Shown here: positions 46,423 to 54,823 of the stretch, piece by piece | How positions within the stretch are numbered: the stretch's first letter is position 1 | How the letters are laid out: every line of letters begins with the position of its first letter | Virus record (IMG/VR): IMGVR_UViG_3300042486_001390 | Location: 1-64,000 of that record | Source of the DNA: a virus | Length of the DNA: 64,000 nucleotides | Reading direction: 5' to 3' (one strand) | Made by a program: the position numbers and the translations under genes | The notes under the pieces: generated by a model | The model's input: only the letters and a program-made list of their open reading frames with translations | What the model was told of the DNA's origin: nothing | Database searches by the model: none

Positions 46423-46923
46423 TCAGGACGGAGGGGGAAGGGGGCAAGGTTCCCCAGTGGGAATTGGGGAAGCGATCGAAGCCGATTGCTGTAACCTTAG
46501 CAGTCTTTCCATATTGTCTAGCCGTGATTTAATTGCCGCTATCTGATGATCGACTTGAAGCGACCTATCTCTGATTTTTTGATTAATATCCTTGATGTCG
46601 CCGTCAACAGCCAGAACCCAGTTGTCAAGCCGATCCTTTACAACCTCTATACTCGGTACATTATCGGGTAAGTGATTAGATAGCTTTTTTTCTATCGCAT
46701 CCTCACTAAATTTACTAGGTACGGTATCGAGTAACGGACTACCTACTAACTCAGGGTTATAGGCTAAAAGCTTCAATAATTCGATGATGCCAGTGCCAAG
46801 AGAAGGGAGCGTTTCCCCTTCCTTATCCTTACGGGTGATACCGTACTGGTTGCAGTACCCAGTAATAAAATCTTCTATGTCCTTTGGCAAATAGCAGGTT
46901 ACAGCCTTGTTGTTTGTGGTCAT
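46423..46923 (-). CDS. Hypothetical protein with an N-terminal RHH-like region
   Basis: KAVTCYLPKDIEDFI beta-helix pattern and a C-terminal coiled coil. Confidence 0.6.
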   Translation of the reverse strand: MTTNNKAVTCYLPKDIEDFITGYCNQYGITRKDKEGETLPSLGTGIIELLKLLAYNPELVGSPLLDTVPSKFSEDAIEKKLSNHLPDNVPSIEVVKDRLDNWVLAVDGDIKDINQKIRDRSLQVDHQIAAIKSRLDNMERLLRLQQSASIASPIPTGEPCPLPPPS

Positions 46924-47141
46924 GGTAAGTTACCTAGCCGATTACTTTTTTAGTCTAACACCTTACCTTACTAGGGTAAGTGACCTATAAGATATAGTAA
47001 TGTTTTGTAGTCAATTACCTAGTAAAGTCTGATTAATGGGTAGTTGACTTAGGTAAGTGACTAGGGTATTATAGATACATAAGGGGTTGAGACACCACAG
47101 AAAACCCCGCAGAACCTAGAAAACTAAAGAGGATTAAAGAT

Positions 47142-47696
47142 ATGTTGTTCGCTAACAAGATTAACGAAGTTAATGCGTCTATTGCTGGCATTTCTCAAGA
47201 AATCGAAGATTTACAGTCCCGGATTGAAGCCTTACGGATCGAAAAGCTTGAGTTAGAACAGTATCAACAGCAACTCGGATCGGCGGAAAATGCCTCCGAG
47301 AGTGCGATCGAGCAGGTCAAAACTGCATTGGCTATGATTAAAGCCATTAGCCCAGCAGAACGAGAAACCTTCAAGGATGCCCTAATTAGCCTTTTTGATG
47401 AGGGTGACATTCCCTTACTGGCAAGCGCCGAACCCGAACCCGAACCGGAACCGTCGGATAATGAAAATAACCCCCCCAATGGGAACGGTCACAATGGCAA
47501 TGGTCACGGGCATATTGATGTGGAGTCTTTTGAGATAGGGGTCAGTGACCTCACAGCTTCCCTAAACAAAATGGGGATTAACGACCTACGAAAACTAGCC
47601 AAAAAACACCGACTAGATAGTAAGGGTGCAAAATTCATCCTGATTCACCGATTAATCGAGTCTGGCATCTCAGAAGCTGATCTAGTGGCAAGTTAA
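47142..47696 (+). CDS. Coiled-coil protein with a C-terminal SAP/Rho-N-like domain
   Basis: GAGG RBS; LNKMGINDLRKLAKKHRLDSKGAKFILIHRL. Confidence 0.7.
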   Translation: MLFANKINEVNASIAGISQEIEDLQSRIEALRIEKLELEQYQQQLGSAENASESAIEQVKTALAMIKAISPAERETFKDALISLFDEGDIPLLASAEPEPEPEPSDNENNPPNGNGHNGNGHGHIDVESFEIGVSDLTASLNKMGINDLRKLAKKHRLDSKGAKFILIHRLIESGISEADLVAS

Positions 47697-47808
47697 AGCG
47701 ATAATCACCCCGACCGATCGCGACGGTCGGGTGCAATCCTCTAAACTAAACTATCTAAAATTCGGTTTGAAGGCTCTCAGTTTTACCGATGAGATGAAAA
47801 CCGACATT

Positions 47809-48102
47809 TCAAGTAAAATTCCAATTAAGAGAATTATCAAATCCTTGAATATCAGCAAGGGATTTTTCTCCTGATTGGGTAAGTCGATAGTATCTTTTTC
47901 TAGCACCGGCTCTATCGTTAGATCGCTCGGTTCCCCATCGAGATTTAATGAGTCCTTTTTCCTCTAATTTCTGAAATACAGGGTAAAACGAGCCAATATC
48001 AAGGCTTCTACCTTTAGTATTGGCTATAGATTCAATTATCTGTAATCCCGACAATTCTTTATTGTAGAGAGAGCGTAAAACAAGGATTTCTTTGTTTGTC
48101 AT
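47809..48102 (-). CDS. PadR-family transcriptional regulator
   Basis: GSFYPVFQKLEEKGLIKSRW...RKRYYRLTQSG. Confidence 0.9.
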   Translation of the reverse strand: MTNKEILVLRSLYNKELSGLQIIESIANTKGRSLDIGSFYPVFQKLEEKGLIKSRWGTERSNDRAGARKRYYRLTQSGEKSLADIQGFDNSLNWNFT

Positions 48103-48345
48103 TGCTTTAAAGTTTTCTAATCGGTCTTTTTCTGGGTGATTGTCGATCTTGAATTAAATCTTGGTTTTCCTCAAGGAAAGACTCTAGCTGATCATCGGGA
48201 ATTTCTCGGAACTCGCCAGTTTTCAATAAAACAGTAGCCATGGTAAATCGAACTCCTGAATATTCGTCTCGATCGCTATTATAGCAGTGACTTGACATTG
48301 GCTCATAAAGGCTCATAACTTGGCTCATAAAGGCTCATAACGGCT

Positions 48346-48600
48346 TTATGAGCCTTTTGTATAAAAGGTTGCACGGCGCATACCATGCTGGTTTAAGCGA
48401 CCTTGTTGTTTGAGCTTCTGTAACAGTTTAGAGGCTTGATCTTTGGTTAGACGACAGAGATACATCACATCCGATCGCTTGATTTGCCCATGTTGAGCGG
48501 CGTAGTTAAGGACGAACTGCTCATTTTGGAGATTTGAAAAGCCTATTTGTCGAGCGTACTCAGTTTTTTGTCCTGCGGATTGATAGACGATTGAGAGCAA
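48346..48600 (-). pseudogene. Winged-helix C-terminal fragment of a larger ATP-binding regulator
   Basis: EQFVLNYAAQHGQIKRSDVMYLCRL...ASKLLQKL...G...ATFY; no convincing start. Confidence 0.45.
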
Positions 48601-48732
48601 AAACTCTACTCTAGAGGAACAAATCGAGTTAATGGGGGGATATTAAGTAAAAAGCAGTAAACAACCTTGTTTACTGCTAAAATAAAAAACAATTGAAATT
48701 GACACCATAAATGGTACATAACTGATAAAGCT

Positions 48733-48760
48733 AACCCCTGTAGTCTCTACAGGGGTTTTT
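48733..48760. terminator. Terminator-like hairpin
   Basis: AACCCCTGTAG-TCT-CTACAGGGGTTTTTT. Confidence 0.7.
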
Positions 48761-48843
48761 TGTTGTCTAATGTTCGGAGCTTGTTGTCTAATGTTCGGAG
48801 CTTGGTGGGTAATGTTCGGAGCTTGTTGTCTAATGTTCGGAGC
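48760..48843. repeat. Four tandem 21-bp iteron-like repeats
   Basis: TTGTTGTCTAATGTTCGGAGC three times plus one variant TTGGTGGGTAATGTTCGGAGC. Confidence 0.9.
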
Positions 48844-48849
48844 TTGGCT

Positions 48850-49532
48850 GATTGTTAGATTGTTAATAGATTGTAGATAAGGATATCTACAATGGAAGTC
48901 TTGATATATATAGGGTTCAGACTTTGTTGATGTTGTTAACGCTATCCCCCAATATTATTTTTTGTGTTCTTATTGCTGACCTCGATTAATTAGATTGTTA
49001 GTTTGTAAATAGGTTGTAAATACCCTTATTAACAAAGATAAAAAGGATAAAAGTATTGATATATATAGCTTTCATTATTTCTTTACCTCTTTGTTGATAT
49101 TGTTGATGATTACCCCGTGTGTATTTTTTGCCTTATTGTTGAGCCTGTTTCTTTTTATTGTTGACCTTGTTTGTTTTCTTTATCTTTTTCTCCTCCTATA
49201 AGGCATCGACAATATCTACAAAGTCTCAAACCTAGTCAAGGTAAAGGTTTCGATTGTTAATAACCTTATTAACAATCGAATTACAAAAGAACAAATTAGC
49301 GATAAAACACTTCTCGACACTAAAATTCTCTGATTAGCCAAAAATACGGCATTTTGTCAATAGAGTCGGTTTTGCATTTAATGACTTTTTATTGCTGACT
49401 TTGCTGTATATCTTCTTTTCTCTCTTTTCCTCTATAAGGCATCGACAATATCTACAAAGTCTCAAACCTATACCCTGTAAAGCTTTCGATTGTAGATAAG
49501 GTTATCTACAATCTATTTACAATCTAACAATC
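48850..49532. repeat. Four copies of the composite palindromic element
   Basis: 26-bp cores at 48869, 49012, 49252 and 49488; the last two have perfect 12-bp arms. Confidence 0.85.
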
Positions 49533-49778
49533 GCTCTGTAGTATTTGTAGTATATGTAATACGGATAGATAAAAAAATACCGCTCCCTCGTAGGGCGGTA
49601 ATCCAAGTCAATCTTTAAAAAAATTTTCTCATAGTCTTAATAGAATTGTCAAGACAAAAAATAGCCGCGCTCCCGGGTGCGGTATAAAAGAGCGCGGCGG
49701 TATAAATTATGTTTTCCTTTTAAGTATATCTCAAAAAAGAAAATTTAATATATAATACAATAAACAGTACAGAACTTA

Positions 49779-50240
49779 TTGATGCCCCAAAAAGTCCTCA
49801 CAGGCAATCTCTATTTAATAGGGCAGTCGTATCCTACGATTGCCAGTGAAACTGTTATTGAGATTAAGCAGGGAACGACTTGGGATGAGGAGTTTTATGT
49901 TCAAGGAGATATTACGGCATGGAACATTAACTTCTATATTGCCAAACAATCAGGCGAGACTAGAATAGCTACTGGTCGGATCGAGGGGTTGCAATTTGGA
50001 GATTTTACGGTAGAGGGAACTGAATATGAAAATTACACTTATTTTAAGTTGATTGTCGATAGTAATATTACGGCTGAAATGGATATTACTCCAATTGCAA
50101 TCAAAGAAATACTCCAACCGAAAGCAGGAAGAGACTACTGGCAAGCTGACTTAGAGGCTTCTAGAACAATTGCTAGTAAATTGATAGTCCAACCTTTAGC
50201 TTTTGATTTAACTCCTGTAGTGGTGAGGGGGCAAGTCTGA
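49779..50240 (+). CDS. Virion structural protein (baseplate / fibre adaptor-like)
   Basis: IEIKQGTTW...YWQADLE...VVVRGQV; first gene of the fibre operon. Confidence 0.55.
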   Translation: MMPQKVLTGNLYLIGQSYPTIASETVIEIKQGTTWDEEFYVQGDITAWNINFYIAKQSGETRIATGRIEGLQFGDFTVEGTEYENYTYFKLIVDSNITAEMDITPIAIKEILQPKAGRDYWQADLEASRTIASKLIVQPLAFDLTPVVVRGQV

Positions 50241-50710
50241 TGGCGGTAATTATTCAGTCCTCTGGTGCGATAGCGGAAATAACAGGCATCTCTCAAAAGG
50301 TAATTCTTTCAGCTACTTTAGGGAATGCCGGCTGGTCTCCTATTCTTTCTTTAATTTCTGACGGCAATCGTCGGGTACTGCAAGTATCTGATTGGGTAGG
50401 CGGTTCTGGTTCGCCACCGGCTATTGGTGGGTATATTGGGAATAATGGCATAGTTCTATCGATTACCGATGCGATTAATATTCGTGGCGAAAAAGGTGAG
50501 CAGGGAGAGCCAAGTCCTTCCTATCTACACACTCAATCCACTAATTCAGATAGTTGGCTAATTAACCATAATTTAAATGCCTATCCTCAAATTCAATTAT
50601 TTAGTTTAGGTTGGGTTAAAATTTATGCCGATGAACAGCATTTATCTTTGAATACTACCCAAGTTTCTTTTTCGTATCCTGCTGTAGGATACGCGATTCT
50701 TTCTTTATAG
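50240..50710 (+). CDS. Tail fibre-associated protein
   Basis: Short collagen-like GEKGEQGE; HTQ...W-x-I-x-HNL motif. Confidence 0.65.
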   Translation: MAVIIQSSGAIAEITGISQKVILSATLGNAGWSPILSLISDGNRRVLQVSDWVGGSGSPPAIGGYIGNNGIVLSITDAINIRGEKGEQGEPSPSYLHTQSTNSDSWLINHNLNAYPQIQLFSLGWVKIYADEQHLSLNTTQVSFSYPAVGYAILSL

Positions 50711-50719
50711 AGGTAAATT

Positions 50720-51514
50720 ATGCCCCGATTTGATAACAACCTTACGTTTGCTCCTAATTCGACGGCAAAAGTCCCTAATCCACAGAGTGCAAACGACGCT
50801 GTAAATCTTGGATTTATAGAAGATTATTTTACTGGATTAAATGAGAAGGCGGCGGTTTTAGCTTCATCCTCTGGTAATATCAATTTAGATGCTCCAGGAT
50901 CGACTATTGGGGGAGTAACGATGTCCCTTAATGGCCGTTTTTTAGCACCTAGTCAAACAAATAACACTCAAAACGGGATTTATATTTGGAACGGGGCTTC
51001 TGTACCAGCAACGCGAAGTTCTGATGCAAATACTTCTACTGAGTTAAATAATGCCACTGTTTATGTTCCCGATTCTACGGGAACAACTATCGGTGCGACT
51101 TATCGACAAATTACCCGAAATCCAATAATAGGAACCGATCCGATTATCTGGACTATTTACGGAAATTCTGTCCCTGATGCAACGACAACTACTCCGGGAA
51201 GAGTAACTTTAGCATCCTCGACAAATATTAATAACAATACCGATGTAGGTAAAGTTGTTACTGTGGAAGCTTTGCTAGGTTCAAATGTAATTAAACGACA
51301 AGCTAAAGCCACAATTGGCAATGGCACTGACAGCACTTTCCCTATCAGCCACACGTTTAATACTTTTGATGTTGATGTAAAAGTCCGCAGAACTGCTGGC
51401 GATCGAGCCGATGTATATCCAGATATTACAAGGCCAACTACTGGATCAATTACGGTTACTTTTAGCTATGTTCCGACTGCTGGAGAGTTTACTGTATTGC
51501 TAGAGGCTTATTGA
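50720..51514 (+). CDS. Tail fibre / structural protein
   Basis: DAVNLGF, QTNNTQNGIY and ATTTTPGRVTLA motifs typical of phage fibres. Confidence 0.7.
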   Translation: MPRFDNNLTFAPNSTAKVPNPQSANDAVNLGFIEDYFTGLNEKAAVLASSSGNINLDAPGSTIGGVTMSLNGRFLAPSQTNNTQNGIYIWNGASVPATRSSDANTSTELNNATVYVPDSTGTTIGATYRQITRNPIIGTDPIIWTIYGNSVPDATTTTPGRVTLASSTNINNNTDVGKVVTVEALLGSNVIKRQAKATIGNGTDSTFPISHTFNTFDVDVKVRRTAGDRADVYPDITRPTTGSITVTFSYVPTAGEFTVLLEAY

Positions 51515-51515
51515 T

Positions 51516-51926
51516 GTGGCAGAAAACGCAGGGATAATTACTAAACTCCAGGATTTTGTTGACGTTAATTGGGTTGCTAGTCGGTTGCAAAGCGAGATAG
51601 TAACTATTACGAACATTTCTGCTGCACAGCAAATTCCTGTTGCTTCTTTTCTAAGAGAAATTACTCTTTTAGAAGTGCGAAATTTGCGTACAACCGTGGG
51701 AAGTGCTACAATGACTTTTAGCTTTGGTAGTGGTGCTTCTTTTGGGGCAATACCAGGACTATCTAACCTATCTCTTACTACTGCCCGGGCTAATTTTACA
51801 GTATCTGGACAAGGACAAATTATTACTACTGCTCAAGAAATTCGATTCGATATTACCAGTGTTACTGGCGGACCATTGAGTATCCCCTTTTTGTTAATTT
51901 TTCGCGAAACACCGTCGCTAACTTAA
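51516..51926 (+). CDS. Structural protein (putative)
   Basis: Beta-rich 136-aa ORF in the fibre operon. Confidence 0.55.
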   Translation: MAENAGIITKLQDFVDVNWVASRLQSEIVTITNISAAQQIPVASFLREITLLEVRNLRTTVGSATMTFSFGSGASFGAIPGLSNLSLTTARANFTVSGQGQIITTAQEIRFDITSVTGGPLSIPFLLIFRETPSLT

Positions 51927-52358
51927 ATGCCTAATAGTTTAACTGCCCAAAGTTTATTCCTAAATAGTCCCGAATATATTGAAAGATACCAAATTGCATT
52001 AACAAATGTTTCTGGGTCTTTCAATGGAATGTCAACTGATCCAGCTTTTTTCGGTAATCAAATCAAGCCTAGTTTAATCGATGATGAATCTGTCCGATTT
52101 TATGTTTACAAAAGGATTTTATCAGAAATGATCGTTTTTAATCCTTATGTTAAATTAAATGTGGCTAAATTGGGAATGACGGCATCAGTCTTTGGAGAAA
52201 CTCCAAGACTTACTATTTCTGTTAATAGCGAAGGGAAATTAAATCCGATTTCTGAATCGGATATTTTGCAAGCAGTAATAGAACAATTCAACGACGAGAA
52301 TCTGTTAGCTCAATTGCTAAATCAAAATATTCTCAAAGTGTCTGCGGTTTTTAATTAA
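51927..52358 (+). CDS. Hypothetical protein
   Basis: 143-aa ORF tightly coupled within the operon. Confidence 0.6.
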   Translation: MPNSLTAQSLFLNSPEYIERYQIALTNVSGSFNGMSTDPAFFGNQIKPSLIDDESVRFYVYKRILSEMIVFNPYVKLNVAKLGMTASVFGETPRLTISVNSEGKLNPISESDILQAVIEQFNDENLLAQLLNQNILKVSAVFN

Positions 52359-53095
52359 TGCTAATAATTGACGCTAGTCCCCCATTGTGGACACCCGCAA
52401 ATCTACCTGGGCTTTCGGTGTGGTTTGATGCAGCGGACCTGGCCACCATCACGGCGAGCAGTGGCGGCGGTGTGACCGAGTGGCGCGACAAAAGCGGGTT
52501 TCAACGTAATGTGTCCGTGCCATCCGTGTCCAATAGCCCGACCCTGCGACAGAATGTCCAAAACGGCTTGCCGGCCATCGACTGGGGGGCAGCGATAAAT
52601 AACAGAGGGCTGCGGCGCATCTCTGGGCTGTCCGGTTTCAATCCGACCCGATATTTGATTGTCGCCCATTACGAAGGGCCGAACCCGTTCAGTGAGTATG
52701 GCGGTTTGGTTTGCCACCAATTCAACGCAACGACCGATGCTATTCTCACGCAAAACTTCGGCGCCGGATGGTACGCTGGCTCATTTTTCCATAACGGCAA
52801 CCCCACGGCGACCAGCGCGGCTCTTCCGACGATCAGCCAGCCTTTCGTTGTAGCGTCAAATTTCGCGCATAGTGCCAACAGAACCAGTCTCTTTATCGGC
52901 AATGATCGGTTTTTACCGGGGCTTTCGCGCGGCTGGCGCGGCAAGATTTTCGAGGTCGTGGGGATAGATTTCGTCTGGTCGGGCGCAGAGCGCGCCCGAG
53001 CGGAAGGATACGCATCATGGAAATGGGGCCTCGTCGCTAACCTGCCCGCCACGCACCCGTTCAAAAACCGTCCGCCTCTTGTGTCTGATATTTAA
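52358..53095 (+). CDS. LamG / concanavalin-like virion protein with anomalously high GC
   Basis: WFDAAD...VTEWRDKSG...EGYASWKWGL...LPATHPF; 41/60 GC in line 52441 versus 19/60 in line 52321. Confidence 0.7.
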   Translation: MLIIDASPPLWTPANLPGLSVWFDAADLATITASSGGGVTEWRDKSGFQRNVSVPSVSNSPTLRQNVQNGLPAIDWGAAINNRGLRRISGLSGFNPTRYLIVAHYEGPNPFSEYGGLVCHQFNATTDAILTQNFGAGWYAGSFFHNGNPTATSAALPTISQPFVVASNFAHSANRTSLFIGNDRFLPGLSRGWRGKIFEVVGIDFVWSGAERARAEGYASWKWGLVANLPATHPFKNRPPLVSDI

Positions 53096-53132
53096 GGTAA
53101 AATAAAATCAGAAAATATTTGGAGAATTTAAA

Positions 53133-53303
53133 TTGAATTACAGAAAATATTTAGCTGGAATTAGTATTCCACCAGCAGAAGTTATCACATGGCAAGATAA
53201 GAGTGGCAATAATAACCACCTTTTACCACAACCGAAAAAAGGTGGCATCAACGGCTTTCTGTCTTATCGAGCGATGCTGTTAAATATCATCCCATCCCGT
53301 TAA
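53133..53303 (+). pseudogene. Short low-GC remnant paralogous to the LamG-like gene
   Basis: Manual translation contains VITWQDKSGNNNHL; GGAG RBS before the TTG. Confidence 0.45.
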
Positions 53304-54341
53304 TCCAGAAGACATAACATAACTGGTAACAGTAGCTTCAAAAAAGTTCGACTTAGTGTGACCTTCTCCTTGAGTATCAGAGAATTTCTCTAAATGGGAA
53401 TAGGGAGATTTTTTGTATTTATCTTCAGTAAAAATTGGATTTAAACCAATAGCTTTTAGTCGAATATTGGCAAGGTATTTGGTATATTGATCAGTGCTAT
53501 CTTCTGTAATTCCTAATATTTGATTGCCGACAATATGATTAGTCCATTTGATTTCCTGCTCAACTGCACAATAAAATAAATTTTCTATTTCTTGTTTGCT
53601 ATAAGAGAAAACATTCATCGCTTCAACAATTAACTTTTGATATAATCGGACGTGGCTTAATTCGTCTCGATTAATCATCCTAAAAATATCGGCAGAACCA
53701 GGCATTAATTGTCGAGAAGCAAGATTGTAAAAGAATACAAATCCATTATAAAAATACAAACTTTCTAGCAGATAATCAGCGAGAAGGGCGATAAAATAGC
53801 TTTCAGTAGTTTGTTTATTGATATATTGCTGATAAAGATTAGCAATAAATTCACAGCGATCCTTAAGAACTTTATCGGTGCGCCATAAATCATAAATTTC
53901 AGCCCTTTTGTTTGAGGGAATAATAGTCTCAATCAAGTATTGATAACTTTGATTGTGCATAGCCTCTTGAGAGATTTGTTCTGCCATACAAAGGCTAATC
54001 TCTGGGGCTGTGACACAAGATTTTAAGTGAGGAATGTTACAGGTTTGTACAGAATCAAGAAAAGTTAGATAAGACAAAATACCATCATAGGCACGTCTTT
54101 CGTCAAGGGTTAAATTATTATAATCAGTTATATCTTGAGTAATATCTATTTTTTGCGGGATCCAAAAATTTTCACGCATCTGTTGATATAAACCTACAGC
54201 CCAAGCGTAGCGGACATCATTTAATTGCATTAGGTTGGTAGTGTTACCAAACCAGATAGATCGAGTTTCAGTCGCATCATCTCCTGATGGATTAAAGATC
54301 GGGGAAATGGGCATTTTATTGTTAAGACTGATCAATGACAT
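53280..54341 (-). CDS. nrdB: Ribonucleotide reductase class I beta subunit
   Basis: FWIP, LDSVQ, EAMHNQSY, ESLYFYNGF, RDELSH and NFFE. Confidence 0.95.
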   Translation of the reverse strand: MSLISLNNKMPISPIFNPSGDDATETRSIWFGNTTNLMQLNDVRYAWAVGLYQQMRENFWIPQKIDITQDITDYNNLTLDERRAYDGILSYLTFLDSVQTCNIPHLKSCVTAPEISLCMAEQISQEAMHNQSYQYLIETIIPSNKRAEIYDLWRTDKVLKDRCEFIANLYQQYINKQTTESYFIALLADYLLESLYFYNGFVFFYNLASRQLMPGSADIFRMINRDELSHVRLYQKLIVEAMNVFSYSKQEIENLFYCAVEQEIKWTNHIVGNQILGITEDSTDQYTKYLANIRLKAIGLNPIFTEDKYKKSPYSHLEKFSDTQGEGHTKSNFFEATVTSYVMSSGLTGWDDI

Positions 54342-54350
54342 AGTTTTACT

Positions 54351-54632
54351 TTACTTTGGCTCCCAGTCTTTACATTGTACACAAGAAATAGAGGGATTTA
54401 CACTACATTTCAGATTAAAATCTTTATGGGTTTCAGGATTATAATATTTACAAGAACTAATCCGATTATATTCAGCTATTGAATAGCATTTAAATTGTTT
54501 AACCGTGTAGATTAAATTGGTCTTAAATCTAAAAAACACTCTACACACGACAACAGCAAAAATTAAAGCAGTATAAAGTAAAAATATACTTAATACAATA
54601 GTTGCTAGAAAGTTAATAATTATTATTGCCAT
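54351..54632 (-). CDS. Membrane-anchored Cys-rich protein (DUF6464-like)
   Basis: TM segment followed by CKYYN...LKCSVNP...CVQC. Confidence 0.5.
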   Translation of the reverse strand: MAIIIINFLATIVLSIFLLYTALIFAVVVCRVFFRFKTNLIYTVKQFKCYSIAEYNRISSCKYYNPETHKDFNLKCSVNPSISCVQCKDWEPK

Positions 54633-54637
54633 GATGA

Positions 54638-54823
54638 TTATTTATTTTTTCGAGTATTGATAAAATCTTCAAGAATTTCAATAAAACATTCAACAAAACC
54701 TTTAAGCCAGCCAATTGTATAAAACGAAATTGAAAAAACAGTTAGGGCAAATATTGTGCTAACTACAAGACCTACAGTACATAAAATTACATTAGAGATA
54801 ATATTCATGATTAATTGGCGCAA
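54638..54823 (-). CDS. Small membrane protein
   Basis: Hydrophobic ORF in the nrd operon. Confidence 0.45.
   Translation of the reverse strand: MRQLIMNIISNVILCTVGLVVSTIFALTVFSISFYTIGWLKGFVECFIEILEDFINTRKNK

Noticed and set aside
48760-48843. Second CRISPR array
   Set aside because: The 21-bp units are contiguous with no unique spacers
52403-53064. Overlapping alternative ORFs in the GC-rich segment
   Set aside because: Expected from stop-codon scarcity at high GC
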